Below, one piece after another: positions 36,393-49,814 of a stretch of DNA of 64,000 nucleotides (its first letter is position 1; every line of letters begins with the position of its first letter). The notes under the pieces are model-generated. The model did no database searches. It saw nothing but the letters and a program-made list of their open reading frames with translations, and was not told the origin of the DNA. This DNA is from Mobula hypostoma (lineage: Eukaryota): the NCBI RefSeq assembly GCF_963921235.1, contig NC_086097.1:253272001-253336000 (forward strand). The letters run 5' to 3'. A program made the translations under genes and the position numbers.

Positions 36393-39300
36393 TAATTTTA
36401 TGTGTTGCACTCTACTGCTACCACAGGGGAAAACAAAAACAAATTTCATGACATATGTGAGTGATGATAAACCTGATTCTGATATGGGTCTCTTTTGTGT
36501 ACTAGGAGCGGGAAGGAGGCAGGGAGAGGGGAATCATGGTTGGGAAAAGGGGAAGGGAGCGGGGAGGGAGCGGGAAGCACCAGAGAGACATTCTGTAATG
36601 ATCAATAAACCAACTGTTGAAACCAACTTACATTGCCTGGTTTCTCAGGGCTGGGTGTGCCTGCACCCACGCCACCCACCCCTCCCACCCCCACCACCGC
36701 TCCCGGCGCTCCATCTGTCCAACAGCTCCCGCGGCGCTCCACCCCCGCCATTAACCCGCCAGATTTACAAACGCACTCTCCGCTCCGCGTTGACAAATAT
36801 ATATATATGCGCAAGACTTCTGCACTCTACAGTATACATATTTATTATTGCAATTTATGTTTTACTATTCTGTACCGCTGGCACAAAACAGCAAATCTCA
36901 CCACATATGACAGTAAAATTAAACCTGATTAGCATTCTGGTGGCTTTCTAATCCTCCTGAGCCATGTTATGACAGAATGCATCGTTAAAGCGAAGGCAAC
37001 GCGCTCAGCTCGCCTGTTCCTGTCTGTAATCCGAGCATAAACTTCTAATAAGACTAGAGCCTGGTTACTCCTGGCTATTTCATCAGACCTGGCTTGTCGT
37101 GTGGAAAATACCAATTTAAAATTCCAAGTGAATCTACTGAGACACCAACGTGCCGCGCTGGCCGCACAGAATGGATCTTTGTGGAGCCGATTTGCGACCG
37201 TTTTATTGAATCTGAGGACAACGTCTACTTTCGATTTACGTTGGTTGGTTCTCTGAGAACACGCTGTTTTTCGCTGTAGCTAAAGCAAAGTTCTCATACC
37301 AAATTAGAATAAATGTATTTTCAAAGTACAAATATGTCACTATATACAACCCAGAGATTCATTTACTTGCGGGCATTCATGGTGAACACAAGGGACACTG
37401 AAAACCGCCGACAACAAAGACTAACAAACAGCAAAAACTGTGCAAAAAGAAACAGCAATTTGTGCAAATACAAACACGAGAACATCAAGTTATTAATAAC
37501 AATATAAAAGCAATAAATATCGAGAACATGAGATGAAGAGTCCTTGAAAGTGAGCCCATAGGCTGTGGCAGCCGTTCAGTGATGCCCTTTTCTCATTGCT
37601 ACCATCAGGGAGGAGGTACAGGAGCCTGAAGACACACACTCAGTGATTCAGGAACAGCTTCTTCCCCTCCGCTATCAGATTTCTGAATGGGCAATGAACC
37701 CATGAACACCACCTCACTATTTTTCCTTTTTTCTCTCTCGTTTTGCACTACTTAATTAATTTAACTTATATTATGTATTGCATTGTAAAACAAAAAAAAT
37801 TCCCGACATATGACAGTGATAATAAACCTGATTCTGACGGGGCGAGTAAAGTTATCCCCTCTGGCTCAAGCAGCGACGGAAAAATGGTGGCAAAAAAAAA
37901 CCTTGTTCTATTAGTTGTGAGAATAACATATGATGCAGGCGATTCACTTGGGAAAACGCAATCGGAGTCACGAAGGTGAGGGATATTTACCTTAAACCCG
38001 GTCTTTACAGCCGATTAAAAGTAATTAACGTTACAATTTTTTATTCCAAACTATTATAATAAAACAAATGGCACTGATTGTCAAAGCAAATGCAAGATTG
38101 AAAGGAACGCGACCTCAAAAATTCAGCTATTAATATTTCGTTTTACACAATATCAGCGGAGGTTCCCAGCCCATAAACACAATGTGTAAGATATTTGTAC
38201 GCGACCGTTTAGGCCCTTTCTTACCACAGGTTCGAGTTTCCTTTTGGTCGGAGAAGGTGCCCTTCTAACTATCTCGCTGATCGTTATGATATCCCCTCTT
38301 CCTTTCCATTCTCTCAACACGGTGTAATATTAAACTTAGATTGGAACCGTCTGTTATAGCAGCCACTTGAAGCGTCTGTTCTGCATTAGTGTTGTTTTAT
38401 ATATGTCTCAAACAAATCGAATACAAGGTCACCGAATAATTAACAGTTTCCAATTCTCTCTTCATCCATTAAAATACTTTCCTGCTTATATTTCATTTCC
38501 CCTGTGTCTTAGAGTTTTAAAGACATAGTTTTTTTTCGCGTTCAGTTATATGGTATCCAACGTAACTGGTTAAATAGAAAAGCTCTCTGTCTTGGAGTTT
38601 TTAAAGACACAGCTTTCCTTTCGCGTTCAGTTGAAGATCGCTTAATGTCATTTCCAGTACACAAGTGTAAAGGAGATGTTTCCAAAATAATTGTTACTCC
38701 GGATCCGGTGCAAGACAAAAAGATAAAGAACGGAATAATTTAAAAAACACGACACACAAGTAGCTCCTACACGTAGATTGATTGTATGTCCGTAAAGTGA
38801 CGCTAGTTCTATGGAATCCAGCGTAGTTGGTTAGATAGATAAACTCTGCGTCTTACGGTCCTAAACGCGCAGATTTTGCTTTTGCGTACAGTTATATGGA
38901 ATTCAGCGTAGCTGAATAGATACAAAATCTCTGCGTGTTGGGGTTTTTAAAGATACCGGTTATTTTTGCGCGCAGATTTATGGAATCCATTGTAACCGGA
39001 TTCCAATGTAGAAGAAGAGTTCGTTCTTAAGGTTAAAACAAACGTATTAAAATGTATTCCAGCAGTCCCCGACTTGCGTTAAATTTTGCATTACTATGTT
39101 CAAAGTAAATTTATTATCACAGTATAGATACGTCGCCATATACAACCCTGAGATTCTTTTTCTTGCGGGCTTTCGCAGTAAATAGAAAGAAATACAATAG
39201 AGTCAATATGAAAGATCAGACGCAACAAAGACCGACAACCAATGTGCCTGCAATTGAAAACCCGGGGCGGATAAAATTAACTTAAATTGCTTGAACGATT

Positions 39301-39814
39301 ATTTCCCCCCCAAACAAGCAGACAGTGCCCCAGAATTAAAGTTGTTCTTTCTGATTGGTGACGGAATGGAAGATTTAATACTCTATGTGTCACAGACATG
39401 TAACACGCGGGAATCCTGTGTAGCCATCACGAGGGGTACCACGCGCACTGAGTAAATCACCGCTTGATTTAAAAGTACTTTTTCTTTCAGCTTTAGACTC
39501 CGCTAGTAAATCCGGCGTATTTTCCTTCCCCTAATTGTCCTGCTTTACCCTGCCCGGTGTGGTGCTGTGGGTCCCCGGGCCAACGCGCTCCCATCTGCGA
39601 TTTAATGAGTTGCTTCATGCACCAAAACTAATGTTGCTGCATTCGACTCGTTCTTGTCTGATCTTGCGACCGTAACGGACGATGAAATTCGCAGACGCCC
39701 CTCCCCCTTGCGCTTTAATCTATCAATGGACGTTGTTAAAAGTGGGATTAATGGCAGGAGTTAGCGTCGGAGCGATTAGGTACTGCGAAGAAAGTCCGTT
39801 TTTGATCCGGCTGG

Positions 39815-40245
39815 TACGGAGGATCGGAGAAAGCTGCAGAAAGTTGTAAACTCAGTCAGCTCCATCATGGGCACCAGACTCCCCAGCATCGAGGACACCT
39901 TCAAAAGACGATGCCTCAAACAGTCAGCATCCATCATTAGGGACCGCCACCTCCCAGAACATGCCCTCTTCTCACTGCCACCATCAGGGAGGAGGTACAG
40001 GAGCCTGAAGACACACACTCAACAACTCAGGAACAGCTTCTTCCCCTCTGCCATCAGAATTCTGAACAGACAATGTACCCATGAACACCACCTCGCTATT
40101 TTCCCTTTTGCTTTGCACTACTTATTTAATTTATTTTTAATATATTCTCATTGTAATTTAGAGTTTTTTACTATTTTGTATTGCGACGTACTGCTGCCAC
40201 AAAACAACAAATTTCACGGCATAGGCCGGTGATATTAAACCTCAT
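39815..40245 (+). mobile_element. Older Rex/Babar-like LINE 3' fragment, representative of a family also at about 22430, 24090, 29700, 34440, 36050, 37585, 43770, 49550, 53990 and 58800
   Basis: LPPSGRRYRSLKTHTQQLRNSFFPSAIRILN C-terminal motif followed by an AT-rich 3' UTR. Confidence 0.7.
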
Positions 40246-42661
40246 TCGGGTTGTTTTAAACTGATGCGGGGCGAGAGAGTCTGCTCAGTTCCAGGGAGCG
40301 GCGGAATTCGCATCCAGCAATTAATAGCTCGCAAAGTAGCGATCGCGGAGGGTGGTAACTAGTAAACTGAATAAGCATCTCCGAGGAGCGGAAGTCTGTT
40401 GAGTTTTCGGGATTTGCTATTGGCTGGGCCAGTTCATTACGGGACTACAGACAATATTTGATATATTGTGACATGAACACGCAATTAGATCATTGAGTTC
40501 AAATACTCAAATCACTGTCTTTCTGCTAAACGACCCTCAGTAGGTCCTGCGCGGGGTCACTGCGGTGACACATTAAATCACATCAGTGTGGACACAAAAA
40601 GCACAAGCCCCAGCCCAGAATTGCGCTAGCAAGTGAACCCGGTCAGTGACAACACCAGCGGGTACTTTCTGCCGGCTTCGCCGATACATTAAACATATGG
40701 CGCTACAGGAATTTACTTCGCATGAATTTAACATTGTAAACCTGATTACGGGGTAAAATTATTTAAAAGCGGCCGGATCTGAGCTAATCGGTTTATAGCA
40801 AATGCCAGATATCCCGATGTTGTCAAAATTACTCCCCCAGCGCTCTGCAGCCACGGCCGTTCATTAAATCACCTCCGATTAACGATTTTTGTCGTTCAGA
40901 GAATAAAACCATAAGACATTAGAGCTATTCAGCCCATCAGATCTGCTCTACTATTCCATCATGGCTAATTTATTATCCCTCTCAACCCCATTCTCTAGCC
41001 TTCTCCCTATAACTTTTGACACACGGACTAATCAAGAATCTATCAAACTCTGCCTTAAATATAAAGACCTGGCCTCCACAGCTGCCTGTGGCAATGAAGT
41101 CCAGATTCGCCACCCTCTGGCTGAAGAAATTCTGTTTTAAAGGGACATCCTCTGTTCTGAGGCTGTGCCCTGTGGTCCTTGACTCTCCCATCCTCTCCAC
41201 GTCCACTCTATCGAAGTCTTTCAATAGTCGATAGCTTTCAGTGAAATTCCCCCTCACCCCCCCCACCTCATTCTCCTAAAAGGCAAAGACCCTTCGGCCC
41301 ACAATGTTGTGCTGAACCAATTGAATTATCAATCAAAAAGCCAACTAAACTGATCACCCATACGATGTCTTGTCCTTCCATTCTCTTCACAGCTCTCAGG
41401 AATGCATTTTAAAAATAACCAGAAATGGCTAGCATGGGAGGGCACAGTTTTAAGATGCTTGGAAGTAGGTACAGAGGAGATGTCAGTGGTAAGTGTTTTA
41501 CGCACAGTGTTGAGTGCGTGGAATGGGCTGCCGGCGGCGGCGGTGGAGGTGGATATGATAGGGTCTTTTAAGAGACACCTGGATGGCTACATAGAGCTTA
41601 GTTCTAAGGTAGGGACATGTTCGGCACAGCTTTGTGGGCCGAAGGGCCTGTATTGTGATGTATGTTTTCTATATTTCTATGTTCCACGCGAGGAAGTAAA
41701 GCAGATATCAACCTGCAGCTTTTAACCAATAATTTAGCATTAATGCGGCATTAGGAATCCCTATCACCCATTTAATTTAATTGCTATATATATCTTGCTG
41801 TAATATGTACTGTATATACAAAACGTATATAACATATATGTATTATTGCAATTTATAGTAATTTATTATTATTATGTATTGCAATGCTTTGCTACCGCAA
41901 AACAATAAATCCCAGTGACATAAACCCCAATTCTGATTCTGATTCTGATAGTGGCTTCTTTTCGGTCTTTAAGTGCCGACGACGGCCAGGCTTCTTGGCC
42001 CAATAACAACTCAATATTTGGGTGTCATTCGCCTGTGTCCACGTGCTTTGTTTTGTTTTAAATTACTGATGTTTAGTTTGCTGATCAATATACCGATCTT
42101 CCGGAAGCTTCAGTCGCTTTTGGCGCTTCTCTTACTCGCACAGCGACTTTATTTTAATAAAAACTCTCAAGGCGGCTCAAAACCAGTCGTTTCGGGCAGA
42201 TGGGGCTCGTTAACCGGGGTTTGCAGCTCCTCTAGGAAGAAGGAAAACTCTGATCTGAAAACTCCACTGCCTTGCGGCTACACCCACTCATGGGGAAGGC
42301 TTCGGGGGCAAATCCGGAGCTGGAATCCTTAAGTCAGTCCTCCGTTGAGTTCAACGCGACGCCGCTGGTGTCAAACTGCATAGGTCTCTGCCGCTCCTTT
42401 GAATTAATTCATCTGCGTGCAGAGGGAGTCTGCTACATGAGCTACAGCTTGCTCTGCACATCGTACTGCACTGGCTTACATCTAGGACGTAACACGAAGA
42501 TACATTGTAATCCATAAACGTTACAAAGTAGCTTCAAACTTTCACTACACGCTCAAGTAGATCAACACGTTTCAAACGGCATGTTACCCCGAAATGCTGA
42601 ACGCTACTCTTCTTTATCTTGTCTTCCTGTGAGGTACGACTGCACATACACTTCTCCGGTT

Positions 42662-42680
42662 AACACCCCCACCCCCAAAC

Positions 42681-42753
<73 letters not shown>

Positions 42754-42807
42754 CAACACACAAACACACACACAAACACACACACACACACACACAACAC
42801 ACAAACA

Positions 42808-42855
<48 letters not shown>

Positions 42856-42873
42856 CACACACACACCACACAA

Positions 42874-42904
<31 letters not shown>

Positions 42905-42911
42905 CACCACA

Positions 42912-42942
<31 letters not shown>

Positions 42943-43066
42943 CACACAAACACACACACACACACAACACACAAACACACACATACACACACACCACACA
43001 AACACACACACACACACAAACACACACACATACACACACACACACAAACACACACACACGCACACG

Positions 43067-43105
<39 letters not shown>

Positions 43106-43123
43106 GCACACCCACCCCCAAAT

Positions 43124-43157
<34 letters not shown>

Positions 43158-43171
43158 CCACCCCCAAATAC

Positions 43172-43238
<67 letters not shown>

Positions 43239-43292
43239 CACACACGCACACCCACCCCCAAATACACACACACACACGCGCGCGCGCGCGCG
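42662..43292. repeat. 630-bp interrupted (CA)n microsatellite with (CG)n runs
   Basis: Directly visible. Confidence 0.97.
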
Positions 43293-45669
43293 ATCATAAT
43301 TGAAACTACAGGAGAAACCAAGTCGACAGTCTGAGGGGTTGCATGTCTACATCCATCAAAGCGAGGATAGGGAGATAAAATTCCTTGGAAGTAAATGAAG
43401 GGAATTCACATCACCGCCGTTCAGCGACCGATCATCCGGCTGATTTGAATTAAATTGGGAGGTTATCCGTGTCGCTCTAGAACCAGGCCGGCTGTTGTTC
43501 TATTTTACGGATAACAGACCTGACGACAGTCCAAGACCAAGTGCCTATTGCAGGGTGATCAGTCGCAACGAACCGGCAATTCGGCCTCAAAGCACCTTTT
43601 GATGAAATTAGGAAGAGAATAAACACGGGCTTTTGCCTGCACCATACACAGAGATCAGGTTTGTGATATATCGAGTAACACACACAGAATGCTGCGGCAA
43701 CTCAGCGCACCTCTATGAAGAGCAATGTTGTGGGCCGAGGCTCTTCGTCAGGACTGAGAAAGTGCGACCTGAAATCCATTGAAAGTTTCAGGAGACTAGG
43801 AATATCACCAAAGACTCGCAAACGTCTACAGACGGGCCGTGGAGACCATTCTGGCGGTCTGGTACGGAGGGGCCACTGCAAAGGATCGGAAAAAGCTGCA
43901 GGAGGTTTAATCTCAGCCAGCCTCCCCGTAATCGAGGACACTGTCAAAAGGTGAAAGGACCCCATCACCCAGGGCATCCCCTCTTCTCATTGCTACCCTC
44001 AGGGAGAAGGTACAGGAACCGGAAGACATACACTCAACGATTCAGGAATAGCTTCTTTCTTTCCACATCTGATTTCTAAATGAACAATCAATCCATGAAC
44101 ACTGCCTCACTATATTTTTAATGGTTTTACTCTTTTTACACTATATATATATATCTTATTATAATATATAGTTAATTTTTATTATGTACTACTGCCGCAA
44201 AAATACTGTATCTTACGACTTATGCCAGTGATATCAAAACGTGATTCTGATTTGCAAACAAGAGAAAATCTGCAGATACTGGAAATCCGAGCAACACGCA
44301 CAAATACTGGAGGAGCTCAGCAGGCCAGACAGCATCTATGGAAAAGAGTACAGTTGACGTTTCGGGCCGAGACCCTTCGACAGGACTGGAGAAAAAAAAG
44401 ATTTGCATCATCCCTTGCGTTCGTGATACATTGGGAAATGTGTCGTTATCTGTGAGCCGATTGCAAACTATCTCAGAGTGACAGTTTCCAACGGTTACAT
44501 CCAATGATCAGTTTAGCAATATCGACACCGTGCACTTTAAATAACGTGAATCTCGTACCTGTGGAATCCTTTAAGGGCGGAGGAATATTAATATCCTTCA
44601 TTGCTCCTTTCAACCCCTTTCTTTTGAGCAAGATCAATCCGCAGTTTCATTCTGTGCCGAACGCCGTTTTAACGAAAGCAGAGATCACGCTGAACTCTCG
44701 GGATCCCCATAACATAAATACTTAAAACGCACTAACGTGATGCCTGTCTTTGCCAAACTTTGTAGAAGGTAACTGGACAGACTACACCGGCTCCCACGCA
44801 CGGGTGACACAGACAATGCTACTTCACTGATAACGTAGTTCTGAGTCCGGCTGAAAACCTGTGTTGGGCTCTGCTTGTTTAAGATGACTTTAAAATATAT
44901 CTTAAATCTATCTGGAAATTCATGTTACAAGTGATCCCATGTGAGACTCAATCAAAAACAGCATTACGCCGATGTTGTCGTAGAAAGATGCTAAACCTTG
45001 CAAGGTGCCCTATTGTGTCTGAAGCGACAACGCCGATAGCTCCGTATTAGTATAGAACAGTAACAGGCCCTTCGGCCCACAATGTTGTGCTGAACCAATT
45101 ATATTAGTAATCAAATGGCCAACTAAACTAATCTCTTCTGTCAACACGATGTCCTATTTCCCTTACATTCAAGCGCCTATCTAAATGTCTCTTAAAGCCC
45201 CGTCCCTAATGTCTCTGCCTCTACCACCACCCCGGACAGCACAATCCAGGCACCCACTACTCTCTGTGTAAAAAAGACTTGCCTCTCACATCTCCTTTCA
45301 AATTACCCCCTCTCGCCTTCAATGCATGCCGTCTGGTATTAGACATTTCAACTTTGGTAAAAAGGTACTGTCTGTCTACTCGTATGCCTCTCAGTCTGTG
45401 CCTCTCATAATCTTACAAACGTCAATCAGATCTCCCCTCGGTTCCCACCGCTCCAGAGATTACAAAACCAAGCCTCTTCTGATAGCACATCTCAGATCTC
45501 TTAAAACTTAAACCTCCTCTCACCTTAAGTGCATGCTGTCTGCTATTAGACATTCCAAACTTAATATTATCTTATTGTACTAATATCTTGTCTTATTTCT
45601 ATTTAACTTTTCAAAACTACAATCCTCTGTCCGCCCCACAAACGGTGATCTTTCCTGAAATCAGCAAAT

Positions 45670-46445
45670 ATGCTACAACCCCGTCTGCACAAAGTGGCCC
45701 GGACTGCAGCCGGCAGTAACGGCGGGCTCCGAACATCCGATGGGTCGGAAGGGAACTCGGAGTCCGACTCGCAGGGGTAGCGTTACTAGGAACGGATTTT
45801 CGCTCGGGACCAACCTTCTGCTTGGTCCACGAAACTTGAGATCGTGTTGGCAGACTTTGTAGCGCGGAAGATACTGGCGTTTAGTCCAAGTTTCTCGGCT
45901 GCAGAGTAAGTCCTGTACATTGTCATCATGAAGTGGTGGGGAGTCACTCCGCCGGTCCGCCGGTGGCCGCTCCCTTGGACCGGCAACGAGCGCACGGTAC
46001 CATCCGCTCGGAGCGCCGCGCCGCCGAACGCTGTCCCGGAGGAGGAGGCGGCGCCCGGAGCAGCGGGGGACAGAGCTGCCGGCTCCACGCACTGTAAACC
46101 CCACCAGCAGCAGGTGACCGAGCACAGGAGAAGGGCAGCGGCTCGGAGCGGCTCCATCCGGAGGGGATTCGAGGGGCGCTCCGCCGGGCGCGGCTCGCTT
46201 CAAGCACAGAAACGCACGGTACCTAAACTTCCCTGCCGCGGCCGCCTGTCCACCGCCCCACTGTCCCCGACGTGCGCGCCGGCCCGCCCACCCGCGCAAG
46301 CGCGCCGCCGATGATTGGCCGGGCGGCGCGCACTGCCCGCCCCCATTCGGCCAGTGGGAGGAGGCAGAGCGGTTCTCTCCACCCCCTGAGGGGCAGCAAT
46401 CTCCCGCCAAGGCAAAGAAATGTAATCACCCCCACCGCACGCTCG
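45670..46445 (-). promoter_or_regulatory. CpG island and probable TATA-less promoter of the GDF6-like gene
   Basis: Abrupt GC- and CpG-rich segment over exon 1; CCAAT on the minus strand (attgg 46314-46318) and GC boxes (gggcgg 46321-46326, ccgccc 46337-46342) 160-185 bp upstream of the ATG. Confidence 0.7.
45815..46157 (-). CDS. gdf6: GDF6-like growth/differentiation factor, coding exon 1 (signal peptide and start of prodomain)
   Basis: ATG at 46157; hydrophobic signal-like N-terminus ([23 protein letters not shown]); motif [40 protein letters not shown] matches the GDF6 prodomain; phase-1 donor AG|GTTGGT at 45815/45814. Paralogue assignment (gdf6 vs gdf7 or other) is not certain. Confidence 0.9.
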
Positions 46446-46494
46446 GTGTAAAAGTTTCATCACAGCACGTCTCTTAAGACTCCTTGTGCAGGCA

Positions 46495-47175
46495 GGCTGC
46501 CTTAAAGGTTAATTTGCAGGTTGAGTCAGTGGTGAGGAAGGCAAATGCAATGTTAGCATTCATTTCAAAAGGACTAGATTATAGAAAGCAAACATGTCAT
46601 GCTTTATAAAGCATTGGTCAGACCGGACCGAGTTTTGTGAGCAGTTTTGAGCCCCTTATATAAGAAAATATGTGTCGACACACGAGAGGGTCCACAGGAG
46701 GGTCATCAGAATGATTTCCGGAATGAAAGGGTTAATGTTTGAGGAGTGTTAGTCGGCTCTGGGTCTGTACTCGCTGAAGTTTTGAGGAATGAGTGGCGAT
46801 CCCATTGAAACCTATTGAAAACTGAAGAGCCTCGTTAGGGTGGATGTGGAGAGGATGTTCCCTACAGTGGATGAGTTTAGGACCAGAGGGCACAGCCTCA
46901 GAATAGAAGGGCGTCCATTTAGAAATAGATGAGGAGGAATTTCCTTAGCCAGAGAATCTGCGGAATTCATTGCAACAGGCGGCGACAGAGGCCAAATCAT
47001 TGGGTATATTTAAAGCAGTGGTTGATACATTCTTGCTCAGTCCGGACGCAGAGATTCTGGAGAGAAGGCAAGAGAATGGAGTTGAGGGAGATAATAAATC
47101 AGCCAGGATGAAATTGTGGAGCAGACGCGAGGGGCAAAAGAGACTAATTCTGTTCCTATGTCTAATGGTCTTATG
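46495..47175 (+). mobile_element. CR1 3' fragment immediately upstream of the GDF promoter
   Basis: Homologous to 4630-5300. Confidence 0.8.
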
Positions 47176-48679
47176 ATGGTGGGATAAATTAAAACAGGTT
47201 CTTCAGATGCTGGAAATCCACACACTAAATGCGGAAGAGATGCAGCATCCAGGCAGAGGAGTAGACAGTTTTGGTCCGAGACGCTTCATCTGGACTCAAA
47301 ATGAGGGGGGTGGGGAGACGTCAGAATGGTTTATGGTGGAATAAATAGAATGAAGAACCTATTTTGCAAATAACTTCCCGGATGATACTTACAGCTGATT
47401 TGCCCTGTAACCGTTTTACAAACTCCCGTCCTGTGATACACAACGATCGTGTGAAGTATGGATGACAGTTATTTTGAAAACATGGCCACCTGTCAGAGTC
47501 AGAATGGGGACCTGGTTTAATACCACATAGCAATACATATATTTAAGATATATAAATTACAACTATATATATAATTAAATAGGTAGTTCAAACAGAGCAG
47601 AAAGAAGATCAGATACTGAAGAAGTGCACATGGGCTGGTTGTCCATTCAGAGGACATCCATTCTGATGGCAGAGGGGTAGCGGCTGTTCCTAAAAGCTAT
47701 TTGCATTTACCGTCCAAATACACATTTGAAAATTATGTCAATGTAAAATAATATGCGCGGTACGAGAATGTGGAAATTCGTGGTTATCTCGGGGAGGAGG
47801 AGGACGCTGGGGGGAGATCTGATAGCGGTTTGTACGATTATGGGGGGCACAGACGGAGTAGACAGACAGCATCTTTTTCCCAGGGTTGAAATGGCTAATG
47901 CCAGACGGCGAGCAATGAAGGTGAGAGGGGGTAATTTCAAAGGAGATGCGAGGGGCAAGTTTATTACACAGAGAGTGGCGGAAGCCTGCAGCATGCTGCC
48001 TGGGCTGGTGGTACATTAGAGACTTCGGGCATAAGAGACGTAAGAGACGTTTAGACGGCAATAAGAATGTGACAGAAATGATCGGATATGGATATTGTGT
48101 AGGCAGAGGGGATGTCCATATGATGATTAATCTAATTGGTGGGCCGAAGGCGCCGTTCCTGTGTTGTGCTGTATTGGTCTGTTCTATATTATCTGGTTTA
48201 AAGGCATACTGTATCGCAAAATAATTTATGTCCCTCGTCAGTTCAGGGTGACTGCGTGCGCGGAGCGAAACCCAAACTGCTGGGATAACTGAGTGTTACA
48301 GGGGACCAAGGAGATGCTGACCAGACCTCTACCTCCGCAGATATTACCCCACCGGCCTGCAATTGACCATATGACATAGAAGCAGAATTCGGCTATTCGG
48401 CCCATCGTGTCTGCTCTGCCATTCCATCATGGCTAATTTATTATCCCTGTCAACCCCATTCTCCACCCTTCTCCCTGTAACCTTTGACGCATTTACTAAC
48501 CAAAAACCTACCAACCTCCTTCTTAAATATACTTAGTGACTCGGCCTCCCCAGCCGTCTAGGGAAACGAAATCCACAGATTCGCAACCTTCCGACTAAAG
48601 ACATTCCTCCTCATTTCTGTTCTAAGTGGACGTCCCTCCATTCTGAGGCCGTGCCCTCTGACCCTAGGCGCCCCTACTG

Positions 48680-49120
48680 TATGGATTGGAGGATGTGCCT
48701 TATGAGAACAGGTTGAGTGAACTCGGCCTTTTCTCCTTGGAGTGACGGAGGATGAGAGGTGACCTGATAGAGGTGTATAAGATAATGAGAGGCATTGATC
48801 GTGTGGATAATCAGAGGCTTTTTCCCAGGGCTGAAATGGCTAACACCAGGGGGGCATAGTTTTAAGGTGCTTGGAAGTAGGTACAAGGGGGATGTCAGGG
48901 GTAAGTTTTTCACACAGAGAGTGGTGGGTGTGTTGAATGCACTGCCGACGACGGTGGTAGAGGCGGATACAATAGGGTCTTTTAAGACATTCTTAGATAG
49001 GTGGATAGAGCTTAGAAAAATAGAGGGAAATTCTAGGCATCTTCTAGAGTGGGTTACATGGTCGGCATGTGGGCCGAAGGGCCTGTAATGTGTTGTAGAT
49101 TTCTATGTTCGATGTTCTAT
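48680..49120 (+). mobile_element. CR1 3' fragment nested in an opposite-strand CR1 tail (about 48370-48670 plus 49125-49225)
   Basis: Homologous to 2355-2590; flanks continue a minus-strand CR1 3' end. Confidence 0.75.
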
Positions 49121-49814
49121 ATAAAAGAAACATTCTCTCCACATCCACTCTGTCGAGGGCTTTCAACATTCGATAGGTTTCAATGAGATCCCCACGCATT
49201 CATCTAAACTCCAGCCAGTATAGTCTGAATTTTGCTTCCGTTTCGAGTATCTGCAGCCTCCCATGTCTCCATTTTGCACTGACCGGAGACGGTCAAATTT
49301 CAACTGTGTGAGGACATCAAACATCCGCATCATTATCGTCGAAAATGGTTTACTGCTAATCACAGTGAGATTAAATCACATCAGCCGCTGATTTATATGC
49401 AGCATTTCAAACTGATAACGTGTTTATTTAATTGTTTTAGAAACGACCTAAATCTAGATTTGCGGAGATAAATCGGCAGCTCCACGCTGAACTGTGAATA
49501 TTAGTACAGTGCGTAATTGACCGATACGTTTCTACCAACAGTGGCTAGCTGATACACACACTCAATGTTTAATCCTCTCCGCCATCAGATTTCTGAATGG
49601 ACAACGAACTCATTACGATAGCTCACTCTTTGTTTCTGTTTTCTTTTACTCTCCTTTTGCACGACATAAAAACTCTCCCGCACAGATTTCCCCGCAATGG
49701 CGGATGGACAACCACACCATATATATTTCTTATTTAAATTAATAGTTAGTAAAAATAATTTACATTGCATTGCACTGCTGCCACAAACACAACATAAGCC
49801 AGTAATATTAAACC

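Larger units (their letters stand above)
19374..45814 (-). other. Single 26,441-bp GT-AG intron of the GDF6-like gene
   Basis: Canonical GT/AG ends, compatible phase, and the junction falls at the conserved FVDx-x-D position of two-exon GDF5/6/7 genes. Confidence 0.88.

Noticed and set aside
42581..43321. His/Thr- and Cys/Val-rich ORFs
   Set aside because: Translations of the (CA)n microsatellite.
45673..46410. 245-aa minus-strand ORF overlapping exon 1, and plus-strand ORFs over both exons
   Set aside because: Alternative frames of GC-rich coding and CpG-island DNA; only the 46157 frame shows GDF homology and splice compatibility.
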